Origin: an uncultured Acidimicrobiaceae bacterium
Lineage (GTDB): Bacteria; Actinomycetota; Acidimicrobiia; Spongiisociales; UBA5794
NCBI GenBank assembly: GCA_947258375.1
Contig: CAMYIJ010000017.1
Span: forward strand, 9,966-73,965
Length of the DNA: 64,000 nt
Reading direction: 5' to 3'
Made by a program: the position numbers and the translations under genes. Shown piece by piece: positions 1 through 9,720 of the stretch. Numbering within the stretch: the stretch's first letter is position 1; each line of letters opens with the position of its first letter. The notes under the pieces are model-generated. The model worked only from the letters and a program-made list of their open reading frames with translations. It was not told the origin of the DNA and made no database searches.

Positions 1-417
1 GAGGGCATCGGCGGCGATCCGGCGGGCGTCATGCTTACTGACATGCTGGTGGAGCATGATGGTTTCGATGAGTTGATCCCCGACCGTGTACACCGGGTTG
101 AGTGACGTCATCGGGTCCTGGAAGATCATCGCGATCCTGCCGCCGCGGACGTCCTGCATGTCGTCCTCAGGCAGGGCCAACAGGTTCTGGCCTTGGAATT
201 CGATCGTGCCGGTGACGATCTCCCCTGCCGGCGGCTCGATGAGGCGCATGATCGACATGGCGGTCACCGACTTACCGGAGCCGGACTCCCCGACTACCCC
301 GCGCCGCTCCCCCGCCATCATGTCGAACGAGACGCCGTCGACCGCACGCACGACACCTTCTTCGGTGGTGAAGTAGGTACGAAGATCCTTGACGGACAAA
401 AGGGGTTGCGCGGCCAA
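1..417 (-). CDS. Opp/Dpp-type ABC transporter ATP-binding protein, N-terminal part (3' end runs off the window)
   Basis: Absent from the ORF track because there is no stop in the window. Reverse translation from TTG at 417 gives LLSVKDLRTYFTTEEGVVRAVDGVSFDMMAGERRGVVGESGSGKSVTAMSIMRLI...RIAMIFQDPMTSLNPVYTVG. This shows a Walker A GESGSGKS and the IFQDP block typical of OppD/DppD. The start lies 6 nt after the permease stop. Confidence 0.85.
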   Translation of the reverse strand, partial: MAAQPLLSVKDLRTYFTTEEGVVRAVDGVSFDMMAGERRGVVGESGSGKSVTAMSIMRLIEPPAGEIVTGTIEFQGQNLLALPEDDMQDVRGGRIAMIFQDPMTSLNPVYTVGDQLIETIMLHQHVSKHDARRIAADAL

Positions 418-423
418 GTGTCG

Positions 424-1428
424 TTACTTTCTCTCGATGGTCTGCGTCGGATCGAGAGCGTCGCGAAGACCGTCCCCGATGAAGTTCACTGCGAGCACAG
501 TCATGACAAGAGCGGATGCCGAGAACACGAGCTCCCACCAGAAGCCACGCACGGCGACGCCCGCACCGGACGCGGCCATGCCACCCCAGGTGGGCGTTGG
601 CGGCCTCACCCCAAAACCAAGGAAGGACAGCGCCGCCTCGATGATGATCGCTGCCCCGATGATGAGCGTCGTCTGAACGATGATCGGGCTCATGGCATTC
701 GGCAGGATGTGGCGGAAAATGATTCGCCGGTCGCTGGCGCCGGCAGCGCGGGCGGCCTCGACGAATTCCTTTTCACGGAGCGACAGGAACTCGGCTCGCA
801 CGATCCGCGCCAGACTGCCCCACAGCAAGAAGCCCAATAAGAAGGCAATCCCCCATGGGCCCGATTGCATCCAATCAGGTAAGAATGTCAGCTCCGGTAA
901 CAGGCGCCCGACAACGATGGCGACGGGCAATAGCGGTAACCCCAGGATGAGGTCTGTGAACCGCATGAGCGCCTGATCGACGACCCCCGGGTAGTAGCCG
1001 GCGAGGGCCCCGACGACGGTGCCCAGCGAAGCCACAAGCAGTCCGGTGACGATGCCCACAGTGAGGCTCGCCTGCCCACCACGCACCACCCGGGTGAGCA
1101 CGTCGCGGCCCAACTCGTCGGTGCCGAATGGGATCGAGCCACGCGGAGCGATGTTGACGAGGAGGCGATCGTCGTCATCCTTGAGGCCTTGGGTGTGATC
1201 CCACAACTGGGGGAATTCGCACTCGGTGGCGCCCTTGTCGCATTTGAGAAGCGGGCCGACGACGAACGAGATGATGATGACCACGAACAGGAAGATGGAC
1301 GAGATCATGGCCAAACGATGGCGCCGCAGCCGGGCGATGAATAGATCCCACTGCGTTATCGGCTCGACCGCAAGGCCCTCGGCGTCGTCTGATGCCCCGT
1401 CGCCGGGACGGTTCAACAGATCAGTCAT
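424..1428 (-). CDS. ABC transporter permease, DppC/OppC-like
   Basis: 334-aa polytopic protein. It has the binding-protein-dependent transport signature region (AARAAGASDRRIIFRHILPN). Its start overlaps the upstream permease stop by 8 nt (ATGACTGA). Confidence 0.9.
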   Translation of the reverse strand: MTDLLNRPGDGASDDAEGLAVEPITQWDLFIARLRRHRLAMISSIFLFVVIIISFVVGPLLKCDKGATECEFPQLWDHTQGLKDDDDRLLVNIAPRGSIPFGTDELGRDVLTRVVRGGQASLTVGIVTGLLVASLGTVVGALAGYYPGVVDQALMRFTDLILGLPLLPVAIVVGRLLPELTFLPDWMQSGPWGIAFLLGFLLWGSLARIVRAEFLSLREKEFVEAARAAGASDRRIIFRHILPNAMSPIIVQTTLIIGAAIIIEAALSFLGFGVRPPTPTWGGMAASGAGVAVRGFWWELVFSASALVMTVLAVNFIGDGLRDALDPTQTIERK

Positions 1429-2626
1429 ATCTGACGCGCGGGTCGAGGACTCCGTACAGAATATCGGCGACGATGTTCATCATGACTATTCCTATACCAA
1501 TCGACATCACAACCGCCATGATTGTCGGGTAGTCGACCGCGTTGATCGCCTGGATATAGAGGCGCCCCACTCCCGGCCATCCAAAGATCGACTCGGTGAT
1601 GATGGCCCCGCCGATGATCCCGGCAACGTCGAGCGAGACCAGCGTGACGATCGGAATCAAAGCGTTGCGCAGCGCGTGCTTGAGAATGACCCGACGCCGC
1701 GGCAAGCCCTTGGCTTTGGCGGTCCGCAGGTAGTCGCTGTGCATCACCTCGAGCATCGACGCTCGCTGGAAACGGGCGTACCCGGCAATCGAGATCAATG
1801 CAATCGACATCGCAGGCAGCGTCAGATGGCGCACGATATCTCCCATCTGCGCCATGAAGCCCAAGTCGCCGTAGCTGGAGTCGGACATACCGGTGACGAA
1901 GAACAGCTTCACCCCGGTCCATTTCTCCAGGTAGAGCGCTAGCAACAGTTGGAAGCCCACCGCGATTATGAAAATGGGAGTCGAAAACGCGACAAAGGAC
2001 AGAGTTGTGCCCACCTGATCGAAGAACGAGTACTGCCGGATCGCCTGGTAAATGCCGAGCGGTATACCAATGATCAGCGCCATGACGAGCGCCGCCAGAC
2101 CCAGCCGGAAGGTTGCTCCGGCCGCACCGAAAATGTTGTCCCACACCGGTCCGTCACCGCGGAACGATTCTCCCCACGTCAAGGAGAACACGAGGCGAGA
2201 CTTGGCGAGCCACAGAGCGATGAGCCACACGAACACGAGGCTGAACGCACGCACCGGCCGCCACCATGCCTGACCGATCTTCACCAGGAAAGCCCACACG
2301 GTGTACGCACCGGCAGACAGGACGAGAACGATCGGAGTGAGCCCGCGGAGCCCGATCTTGCCGAACAGCACGATGAGCCCGTCGGCCGCAGGGACATCTG
2401 CCGGCGTCACGAAGTTCTTCAGCCAGGTGAAGTACTGCTGCATGACCGGCTTGTCGAGCCCCCACTGCTCGGTGAGTTGGGCGATGAGGTTCTGCGCCCT
2501 GGGGTTGAGCTTGAGACGGTCGAGTGGCCCACCGCCGGAAGCCTGAATCAGCAGAAAGACTACGAGGCTCAAGGCCACCAGCGTGACGACGCCGTAGACC
2601 AGCCGTCGAATTATGTATGCCAGCAT
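1421..2626 (-). CDS. ABC transporter permease, DppB/OppB-like, with an extra hydrophobic insertion
   Basis: The N-terminus MLAYIIRRLVYG and the C-terminal YLRTAKAKGLPRRRVILKHALRNALIP motif are typical of DppB/OppB. ATG at 2626 is preferred because GGAGG lies 7 nt upstream. The track ORF extends to 2653. Confidence 0.85.
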   Translation of the reverse strand: MLAYIIRRLVYGVVTLVALSLVVFLLIQASGGGPLDRLKLNPRAQNLIAQLTEQWGLDKPVMQQYFTWLKNFVTPADVPAADGLIVLFGKIGLRGLTPIVLVLSAGAYTVWAFLVKIGQAWWRPVRAFSLVFVWLIALWLAKSRLVFSLTWGESFRGDGPVWDNIFGAAGATFRLGLAALVMALIIGIPLGIYQAIRQYSFFDQVGTTLSFVAFSTPIFIIAVGFQLLLALYLEKWTGVKLFFVTGMSDSSYGDLGFMAQMGDIVRHLTLPAMSIALISIAGYARFQRASMLEVMHSDYLRTAKAKGLPRRRVILKHALRNALIPIVTLVSLDVAGIIGGAIITESIFGWPGVGRLYIQAINAVDYPTIMAVVMSIGIGIVMMNIVADILYGVLDPRVRYD

Positions 2627-2743
2627 GAGCTTGCCTCCGGCCCGCGTGCTCAATCCACACTAGCGAAGGTTGAACGCACCCGCAGACAACTGCCGCCTCG
2701 CCGACAGGTGCATCTTGTCCGGCCCGGGCGGCGCGCGACCCTG

Positions 2744-2778
2744 CACAAAGAGGCCGGGGCCCCTTGCGGGACCCCGGC
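2744..2778 (-). terminator. Hairpin plus weak T-tract between the binding-protein gene and the permease genes (possible intra-operon attenuator/terminator)
   Basis: GCCGGGG(2753-2759) pairs with CCCCGGC(2772-2778), with inner CCC/GGG pairs. In minus sense it is followed by CTCTTTGTG. Confidence 0.4.
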
Positions 2779-2814
2779 TTCACTGATACGTGTATCAGAT
2801 AGAGATAGGTATCT

Positions 2815-4650
2815 CTACATGTCTACGCGGTACCACATTTCCATGTTCCAGGTCTCACCGGCCTGCGTCGGGTTGTGCTTGAAGCCACCGATCTCATCAC
2901 CCCAAACCGCGGCCGTCACCAGCCGGGCGTACAGCGGAATGATGACAACCTGGTCGGCGAGGATTGTCTCAGCCTCGGCGATCAGCGGGATCAACACGTC
3001 ATTGTCCACCGACGAGTTGAGCTGGTCACGGATCTCGGCGAACCGAGTCGTGTTCTCATCAATCAGGTCGGAGGCGGCCTGGTTGAAGCCCTCGGTCTCT
3101 TGACCGGTGACCTCCGGGGTACCCCAGCGGTAGTAGTTCTGACCATCCGGCGGAGCGAGCTCCGGGTCGAACAGGTCGAACAGACCGACCAGCGAGGAGA
3201 AGCCAGGAGAGGAGCTCCAGGCCCACTCACCGAGGTCCCAGTTGCCGAAGTCGAGGGTCTCACCGAAGAAGATCTGAGAATCTTCGAGGGAGTTCGTGTA
3301 GTCGATTCCCGCTTCGGTGAACATGTCGACGAACAGTTCGGACAGCTTCACGCGAGCATCGTTGTTCGATGTCGTCGAGAAGACGGTCTTGATCGTGTCG
3401 ACGCCTAGGTCAGCCTTGGCGGCCTCGACGTATGACTTGGCCGTCTCGGGGTCGTAGTTGTACTGCGCCCAGGATGCCTGTGACAGCGTCGGGGCGAACA
3501 CGTCCACGAACGAGTCGAGCGGCTCAACCTGGCCGGCCAAGATCTCGTCGACGATGGTGGTCTTGTCCACCGCGTGGGCAACAGCCTTGCGGTAGTTCAA
3601 GCTGGTGTTCGGGGAATCAGGGTTCCTGGTGAGCCGGTTTACGCCGAACTGGAAGTTCAGGTGCTCCCAAACCGGCCCCGAAAGGACCTCAACGACGGCG
3701 CCTTCAGGCTCGAGGGCCTGGAGGGTCTCGATGGTGTCGGTCGAGGGCGGGGGCTGAATCACGTCGATCTCACGAGCGCGGAACGCATTGATGATCGACT
3801 CGGTCTCCGGAATGAAGCGGAACACGACGGAATCGAGATAGGGCAGCTGCTGCCCGGTCTCGGGATCGTTGCGCCAGTAGTTGTCGTTGCGGACAACCTT
3901 GACGAACTCGCCCTTCTGCCACGTGTCCAAGATGAACGGACCGGCGGACGGCCACATCTTGTCGTTCCAGTCACCGATGAAGTCGGTGCCCTCAACGGCG
4001 TGCTTCGGAATGATGTTGCCGAATAGCAACTCGTACTGCGTCGTCGGAGCCGAGAGCGTGTACTCGAACGTCTTCTCCGTGAAGCTGGAGTCGACAATGT
4101 CCTCGTACGTCGCCCGGAAGATCGGAAGATCCGGGTTGAGAATGATGTCCAGCGTGAACTGGAAGTCCTCACCCGTAATCGGCTCTCCGTCGGACCACAT
4201 TGCTTCGTCGACGATTTCGTAGCGCACCGTCATCGTGTCGTCGGCGTTGACGGTCACACCGCCGTTGGCGACGGTTGGCAATTCGGTGACCATCTCGGGA
4301 ATCAGCTCGAGGGTAAACCCGTCGATCTCCTGGACGCCGGAGAAGTAGCTCTGCCCGATGATGGAGACAATCGAGTTGTCACCACCCGGTGCGAATGTAT
4401 TGAGTGTTGCGGGCTCCTGATCGTTTGCCACGATTGCCTCGCCGCCGTAGGGCTTGCCAGGCGCCTCGGTGGTCGTTGGCGCGGCCGTCGTCGGCGCTGC
4501 CGTGGTGGTCGGAGCCTCAGTCGTGGGCGCCGCGGTGGTTGTTGAATCGTCCGCCGTGTCTGTCGAGTCGCCGCAAGCAGCGGCGACGAGAGCAAACGCG
4601 AGGATCAATGCCCCAAACACCACTGGGCGGCTATGCCACAGTCGAGTCAA
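2815..4650 (-). CDS. ABC transporter substrate-binding lipoprotein, family 5 (peptide/nickel type)
   Basis: 611 aa. Signal peptide plus lipobox (LVAAAC), then a Thr/Ala/Pro-rich linker, then a long SBP_bac_5-like body. TTG start with AAGGAGG 8 nt upstream. First gene of the permease/ATPase operon. Confidence 0.9.
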   Translation of the reverse strand: MTRLWHSRPVVFGALILAFALVAAACGDSTDTADDSTTTAAPTTEAPTTTAAPTTAAPTTTEAPGKPYGGEAIVANDQEPATLNTFAPGGDNSIVSIIGQSYFSGVQEIDGFTLELIPEMVTELPTVANGGVTVNADDTMTVRYEIVDEAMWSDGEPITGEDFQFTLDIILNPDLPIFRATYEDIVDSSFTEKTFEYTLSAPTTQYELLFGNIIPKHAVEGTDFIGDWNDKMWPSAGPFILDTWQKGEFVKVVRNDNYWRNDPETGQQLPYLDSVVFRFIPETESIINAFRAREIDVIQPPPSTDTIETLQALEPEGAVVEVLSGPVWEHLNFQFGVNRLTRNPDSPNTSLNYRKAVAHAVDKTTIVDEILAGQVEPLDSFVDVFAPTLSQASWAQYNYDPETAKSYVEAAKADLGVDTIKTVFSTTSNNDARVKLSELFVDMFTEAGIDYTNSLEDSQIFFGETLDFGNWDLGEWAWSSSPGFSSLVGLFDLFDPELAPPDGQNYYRWGTPEVTGQETEGFNQAASDLIDENTTRFAEIRDQLNSSVDNDVLIPLIAEAETILADQVVIIPLYARLVTAAVWGDEIGGFKHNPTQAGETWNMEMWYRVDM

Positions 4651-4720
4651 GGTTTTGCCTCCTTATTGTTTTTGCCTCGGTTCCCGAGCTAGATCTTCGC
4701 CACGCCGGTTTAACGCGGCG

Positions 4721-4954
4721 CTATCTCCAAGCCAGCGTCAAAGCGATGGTGGAGATAGCAAACAGGATTCCGGCGGCAACGGTCAGTCGATCGAGGTTCT
4801 TTTCAACCACGGTCGAACCGCCGATATTGCCACTGCTCATGCCTCCTCCGAACATGTCGGACATGCCACCTCCCCGACCCGCGTGAAGCAGTATCAGGAA
4901 GATGACAAGTAAGGAAACAATCACGTGGACTGCCGCAATGATCCCAGCTAGCAA
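4721..4954 (-). CDS. secG: Preprotein translocase subunit SecG
   Basis: LLHAGRGGGMSDMFGGG...STVVEKNLDRLT is the SecG signature. TTG at 4954 (AAAGGGA upstream) gives a 77-aa product, the usual SecG size. The track ORF extends to 4984. Confidence 0.85.
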   Translation of the reverse strand: MLAGIIAAVHVIVSLLVIFLILLHAGRGGGMSDMFGGGMSSGNIGGSTVVEKNLDRLTVAAGILFAISTIALTLAWR

Positions 4955-5079
4955 GGGAGTCCCTTTCACACGCAATCCCGCCAAACGATCGGCGGGTTAC
5001 GGGCGCGAGTATGGAGCGTGTCGGCCTCTTGTGCAAGTCTTCGCTAGGCAAATCCTGCCAGGACTGCCCCGATCGAAGA

Positions 5080-5826
5080 TCAGCCGGTACTCGCCTGATT
5101 GGCTACCGACGCGGCTGCCGCCGCGGCCGCCGCGGGATCACCGAGGTAGGCGCCGCTCACTTTGTGGAGGTCTCCATCCAGTTCGTAAACGAGCGGGATT
5201 CCAGTGGGGATGTTCAGGTTGGGGATCTCTTCGTCTGAGATGCCGTCGAGGTGTTTGACGAGGGCCCGCAGGCTGTTGCCGTGAGCCGCGACGATCACAA
5301 CCTTGCCGGCGCGTAGTTGCGGCACGATGGCGTCGTACCAGTACGGCATCATTCGTTCTACTACGTCCTCCAGGCACTCCGTGGCCGGCAGTATCTCCGG
5401 CGCCAGATCGGCGTAGCGGATGTCATGGCCGGGGTGACGCTCGTCGTCGGCCGCCAGTGCTGGCGGCGGCGTGTTGTACGACCTCCGCCAGATGTGCACC
5501 TGATCGGCGCCGTGCTCTGCCGCCGTCTGCTTCTTGTCGAGACCCTGGAGCGCTCCGTAGTGGCGCTCGTTGAGCCGCCAGTGCCGATCCACCGGAATCC
5601 AACCGCGGTCACACTCGGCGAGGGTGATGTTGAGGGTGTCGATGGCCCGGCGCAACAGCGACGTGTGAGCCACTTCCGGCAGGAGATGCGCCTCCCGGAG
5701 CAGCCGACCGGCCGTGGCCGCTTCCGACATCCCATGCTCGGTGAGAGGGACGTCGGTCCACCCGGTGAAGAGGTTCTCGAGGTTCCAGGTGCTCTGTCCG
5801 TGTCTTAGCAAGATGAGTTGTGCCAT
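5080..5826 (-). CDS. gpmA: 2,3-bisphosphoglycerate-dependent phosphoglycerate mutase
   Basis: The [32 protein letters not shown] catalytic RHG motif starts at the ATG at 5826. The upstream 45 codons of the track ORF look non-coding. Confidence 0.92.
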   Translation of the reverse strand: MAQLILLRHGQSTWNLENLFTGWTDVPLTEHGMSEAATAGRLLREAHLLPEVAHTSLLRRAIDTLNITLAECDRGWIPVDRHWRLNERHYGALQGLDKKQTAAEHGADQVHIWRRSYNTPPPALAADDERHPGHDIRYADLAPEILPATECLEDVVERMMPYWYDAIVPQLRAGKVVIVAAHGNSLRALVKHLDGISDEEIPNLNIPTGIPLVYELDGDLHKVSGAYLGDPAAAAAAAASVANQASTG

Positions 5827-5959
5827 GGCACGAAGTGTAAGACGTCGCGCCGTGGCCGGCGGCGCGCCTCCCAACCGCTGGGGCCGACCCAGGGGGAACC
5901 TTCTTGCGGCGACCGCCGTAGAGGACCACGACAACCACCAACGAAGCCGGAGGCGGCGC

Positions 5960-6490
5960 ATGATCTATCGACTGGCAATACTCGGCGGCATCCTCGTACT
6001 CGGGACGGCCGGCTGCGGAGGGACCAACACGACCGAGACAACGGCCGCGCCGGCCACAACAGCCGCGCCCGCCACGACGGCGGCGCCGACGACGTCAGTC
6101 GTACAGTCTTCGACATCGGCGGCCGTCACCACCGCCCCGCCGGGACCATCGATGGCTCTCGGGGTAGCGGATTCGGCGCTGGGACAGATCCTCGTCGACG
6201 CCGCCGGCAACACTCTCTACCTGTTCACCCCCGACGACTCCGGGCCCAGCGTCTGCACCGACGACTGCGCGGCCGCCTGGCCGCCTGTGCTCGGCGAAGC
6301 CACGGCGGGCCCCGGAATCGAGGCAACTCTTCTCGGAACCACGATCCGAGATGACGGCACCAGCCAAGCCACCTACAACTCCTGGCCGCTGTACTTCTTC
6401 GCCGGGGATGCCGCCCCCGGCCACACCAACGGCCAAGGACTCAACGACGTGTGGTTCGTCATCACCCCGACCGGCGAAGCGGTGCCGTAG
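5960..6490 (+). CDS. Secreted lipoprotein, COG4315/Lipoprotein_15-like repeat protein
   Basis: [21 protein letters not shown] lipobox, a Thr/Ala/Pro linker, then two GxxLY.F..D...S.C...CA..WPP / PLY.F..D-type repeats. The start is taken at ATG 5960 because the upstream part of the ORF overlaps gpmA. Confidence 0.7.
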   Translation: MIYRLAILGGILVLGTAGCGGTNTTETTAAPATTAAPATTAAPTTSVVQSSTSAAVTTAPPGPSMALGVADSALGQILVDAAGNTLYLFTPDDSGPSVCTDDCAAAWPPVLGEATAGPGIEATLLGTTIRDDGTSQATYNSWPLYFFAGDAAPGHTNGQGLNDVWFVITPTGEAVP

Positions 6491-6593
6491 GCCTTCGTGC
6501 AGGGCCGGTGGGAACCAAAGGGCGGGCGCAGCCGTACTGTAAGCCGTAATAGCCACCCCCCTGGGGGTGGTCTCAATGACGGCTGGAAGGCAG

Positions 6594-7145
6594 ATGGCGG
6601 GCATTGCTCGGCCCCTGAGCAGCAAGATACTGCGTCGGTTCGCAGCAGGCGATCCCGAGGCGGTGCGCGCGCTCTACAACCGATATGCAAAGGCGGTGTT
6701 CACCGTGACCTACTCGGCGCTCCGAGATCGCAGCCTGGCGGAGGAGGCCGTCCAAGCCACCTTCCTGCAGGCCTGGCGCGCCGCCGGTCGGTTCGACACG
6801 GACCGCGATCCCGCACCATGGCTTTACGCCATCGCCCGCCGGGCTGCGGTGGACGTACACAGACGTGAGCGACGTCACCAGGGCCGTGAGCCCTTCGACA
6901 CCGATATGGCGGCGCTTCCCGAGACATTCGAGCACACGTGGGAAGCGTGGCAAATCCGGCTCGCCATCGACGAAATGCCCGCCGAACAGCAAGCCGTCAT
7001 CGAGGCCATCTACTTCCTGGGCTTGACTCAGGCAGAGACCGCCCGAAGACTGAATGTGGCTCTGGGCACGGTCAAGTCCAGGTCGTATCGGGCTCACCAA
7101 CGACTGGCGACTTTGCTCGCCCACCTCGATGAGGCAACGGCATGA
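6594..7145 (+). CDS. ECF-family RNA polymerase sigma factor
   Basis: Sigma-70 region 2 (LAEEAVQATFLQAWR...DPAPWLYAIARRAAVD) and region 4 HTH (LGLTQAETARRLNVALGTVKSRSYRA). ATG 6594 follows GGAAGG. GTG 6567 and ATG 6576 are alternatives. Confidence 0.85.
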   Translation: MAGIARPLSSKILRRFAAGDPEAVRALYNRYAKAVFTVTYSALRDRSLAEEAVQATFLQAWRAAGRFDTDRDPAPWLYAIARRAAVDVHRRERRHQGREPFDTDMAALPETFEHTWEAWQIRLAIDEMPAEQQAVIEAIYFLGLTQAETARRLNVALGTVKSRSYRAHQRLATLLAHLDEATA

Positions 7146-7780
7146 CGTGTGACCGCGCTCGAACCTTGTACCTCGCAGGCGACGCCGGCGACGACGAGCT
7201 GGCCCATCTCGCCGCGTGCGCCGCATGCCGCGATGAGCGCAGCGCCCTCGATACGACCCGTAGCGCTCTGTCCGGCCGCGCCATGTGGCTGGAGCCGGCA
7301 CCGCACATCGCCGACCAGGTGGTAGCGATGATCTCCGGTTCGCCGGCGGCAGCGGTCCGGGAGCCTCGCCGGCGGGCCAAGGCGTGGACTCGGCTCGCAG
7401 CCGTGGCAGCCGCCGTTGTCGTCGCCGTCGGGCTCGGTATCGCCACCCGCCCACCCGCGCCCGACTGGGAGGTCGCCATGCCGGGAACCGAGGCGGCGCC
7501 CGCCGCGACTGCCTCGGTCAAGGGCTGGAACGAGGAGGGTGGCACCCGGCTTCGACTCAACATTGCCGGGTTGCCGGACGCTCCCACCGGATCTGTCTAC
7601 GAGTTCTGGCTGACCAGCGACGCGGTGCACGTTTCGGCAGGCACTTTCGCTGCCGCCGGAGAGGTGGAGTTGTGGGTTGGTGTGGCCCGACGCGATTATC
7701 CGCGGCTGTGGGTCACCCTGGAGAAACTCGATGAAGACGAGAGCCTGTCGGGAGTCAACGTAATGGACACGGGGTACTGA
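7142..7780 (+). CDS. Anti-sigma factor (zf-HC2 N-terminus, one TM, RskA-like C-terminal domain)
   Basis: H-x3-C-x2-C motif (HLAACAAC). TM helix LAAVAAAVVVAVGLGIA. C-terminal YEFWL...AGTF...LWVTLE resembles anti-sigma-K type domains. There is a 4-nt overlap with the sigma gene. Confidence 0.75.
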   Translation: MTCDRARTLYLAGDAGDDELAHLAACAACRDERSALDTTRSALSGRAMWLEPAPHIADQVVAMISGSPAAAVREPRRRAKAWTRLAAVAAAVVVAVGLGIATRPPAPDWEVAMPGTEAAPAATASVKGWNEEGGTRLRLNIAGLPDAPTGSVYEFWLTSDAVHVSAGTFAAAGEVELWVGVARRDYPRLWVTLEKLDEDESLSGVNVMDTGY

Positions 7781-7798
7781 TCACCGAGCAGGCGACGG

Positions 7799-9649
7799 TC
7801 ACTCCCCGACGCGATACCAGTGCTCGATGTTCCACGTATGGCCGGCGGGCGATGGGTTCATCCGGTAGCCCCGGATCTCGTCGGACCAGACCGCGCCCAC
7901 AACCGGTTGGGCGCCCAGCGGAATGATGACCACCTGATCGGCCAGAAGCTGCTCTGCCTGGCGAGCCAGCAGAAACACCTCGGGGGCATCCGTCGTCGAT
8001 CGCATCCGATCGAGCAGGGTTCTGAACAAGAGGACTGCCTCGTCGGCATCAACCGTCGAGCCCGGAGTGCCCCAGTTATAGAAACTCCGGGAATCGGCTC
8101 CTGGTTCAGCCGGATCGAACCGGTCGAAGAACTCCACAATCCCGGCAGAGCCGGATACGCCTGCCCACGCCCAGCTACCGACGTCCCATGTGCCGTCTTG
8201 AACGGTATCGCCGAAGAAGATCTGCGAGTCCTCCAAATCGAGCTCGACATCGATCCCGGCGGCTGCCAGCTGGATCGTCAGTTGTTCGGCGACCGCGGGC
8301 CGAAAATCGGCATTGGAAGTCGTCGAGTAGACAATACGTGGTGGTTCGGCGACACAGTCGCGTGCGGCCTGCTCACACGCCGCAGCCAGCAGCCGACGCG
8401 CTTCTCCGAGATCGTGGCTGTATACGCTCCAGGGTTGGCCGCTGGCCGGTGCCGTGAACCGGGTGAGGAATCCGTCGAGAACTTCCATGTTGTCGGCCCC
8501 GACCGCATCCAGAAGGGCCCGCCTGTCGATGCCGCGAGCAATGGCCCGACGGAAGTCGACATACTGGTTCATCGATGCGGAATTGCGGTTCGCCGGTCCG
8601 AACTGGAAGTTGAGATGCTCCCAGATGAGACCCGGGACAATCTGGACGTCGGCGCCCCTCTCATCCCAGCGGTCCACGGGGATCTCCCCGACGGGTACCG
8701 ATGGGCTCACGACATCGTATTCCTCCTCGGAGAATCCGCCGATCAGTTCTTCAGCACTCGACACATACTTGAATTCGACGGCGTCCAGGTACGGCAGTTG
8801 GCGCCCTTCTGAGTCGGCCTTCCAGTAGTTCTCGTTGCGAGTGAACCGGATGGCGCGGTCATCGCCCTCACGATCCCAGCCGGCGAAGATGAACGGGCCG
8901 GCCGCCGACCACATCTCCGTATTCCAGTCCAGGCAGTAGTCCGACTCGGCGACATCGTGACTGGGAACGACCCACCGAAAGAGCAGCTCGTGCTGGAGCG
9001 AAGCGGTCTCGAATCGCAGGGTGAGGCTCTTGTCCCCCACGACCATCCCTTCCTCCACCAAGGTGGGCAGCGCGGGAGCCGAGACTCCCAATTCGGAGCA
9101 CTCGCCGCTGGCCTCCCGGAACATCAGCGTGAATTCGAGGTCGGCACCACTTACCGCTTTGCCGTCGGACCAGCGAGCTTCGGGCAGAAGCTCCCAGGTG
9201 ACGTCCATCGAACCGTCGTCATTGAGAACCACGCCTCCGTTGCTGACTGTCGGAACCGCCACGACCAGCTCCGGAATCAACTCGAGCGTGTCCGGATCAA
9301 TGTCAAAGACACCGCTGAGGTGAGCCTGCCCGACTATGGATACGGCCCGCTCCTGACCCCCGGGAGCATATGGATTGAGCGTCAGCGGTTCTTCAACGCC
9401 GCCGATTGTCACTTCTCCCTCGTAGCGCGGCGTTGCCGGGTCGAAGGTGATGTTGGGCTCGGAAGAGGTCGTGGCGGTATCACCCGGTGACGTCGTGGTG
9501 GTCGGCGCCGCAGTGGTCGCGCTGGATGCCACGGTGGTCGGCGCACGTGTCGCGCTCGAGGCGACAGTCTCCTCCGAAATCGTCCCGCGATCTGAACAAG
9601 CCGTCGCCGTGAGCACGCCGGCGGCGATGATGGCCACGAACCTCCGCAT
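7799..9649 (-). CDS. Orphan family-5 ABC substrate-binding lipoprotein (paralogue of 2815-4650)
   Basis: MRRFVAIIAAGVLTATAC lipobox at ATG 9649 with GGAGG upstream. Thr/Ala-rich linker. Blocks are shared with the first SBP (VIIPL...AVW.DEI.G...NP...G.TWN.E.WYRV). No adjacent permease genes. Confidence 0.85.
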   Translation of the reverse strand: MRRFVAIIAAGVLTATACSDRGTISEETVASSATRAPTTVASSATTAAPTTTTSPGDTATTSSEPNITFDPATPRYEGEVTIGGVEEPLTLNPYAPGGQERAVSIVGQAHLSGVFDIDPDTLELIPELVVAVPTVSNGGVVLNDDGSMDVTWELLPEARWSDGKAVSGADLEFTLMFREASGECSELGVSAPALPTLVEEGMVVGDKSLTLRFETASLQHELLFRWVVPSHDVAESDYCLDWNTEMWSAAGPFIFAGWDREGDDRAIRFTRNENYWKADSEGRQLPYLDAVEFKYVSSAEELIGGFSEEEYDVVSPSVPVGEIPVDRWDERGADVQIVPGLIWEHLNFQFGPANRNSASMNQYVDFRRAIARGIDRRALLDAVGADNMEVLDGFLTRFTAPASGQPWSVYSHDLGEARRLLAAACEQAARDCVAEPPRIVYSTTSNADFRPAVAEQLTIQLAAAGIDVELDLEDSQIFFGDTVQDGTWDVGSWAWAGVSGSAGIVEFFDRFDPAEPGADSRSFYNWGTPGSTVDADEAVLLFRTLLDRMRSTTDAPEVFLLARQAEQLLADQVVIIPLGAQPVVGAVWSDEIRGYRMNPSPAGHTWNIEHWYRVGE

Positions 9650-9720
9650 ATGCCTCCGTCGCGGTGTTCCGAGCAACACTACAGGCGCGGCGCTCCCCGG
9701 CAGCCGCCCCCGATTTAGAT

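Noticed and set aside
6553-6570. The palindrome CCACCCCC-CT-GGGGGTGG upstream of the ECF sigma gene, considered as a terminator or operator.
   Set aside because: A 2-nt loop makes a poor RNA hairpin and no T-tract follows. It overlaps possible alternative starts of the sigma gene (GTG 6567). There is insufficient evidence for a function.
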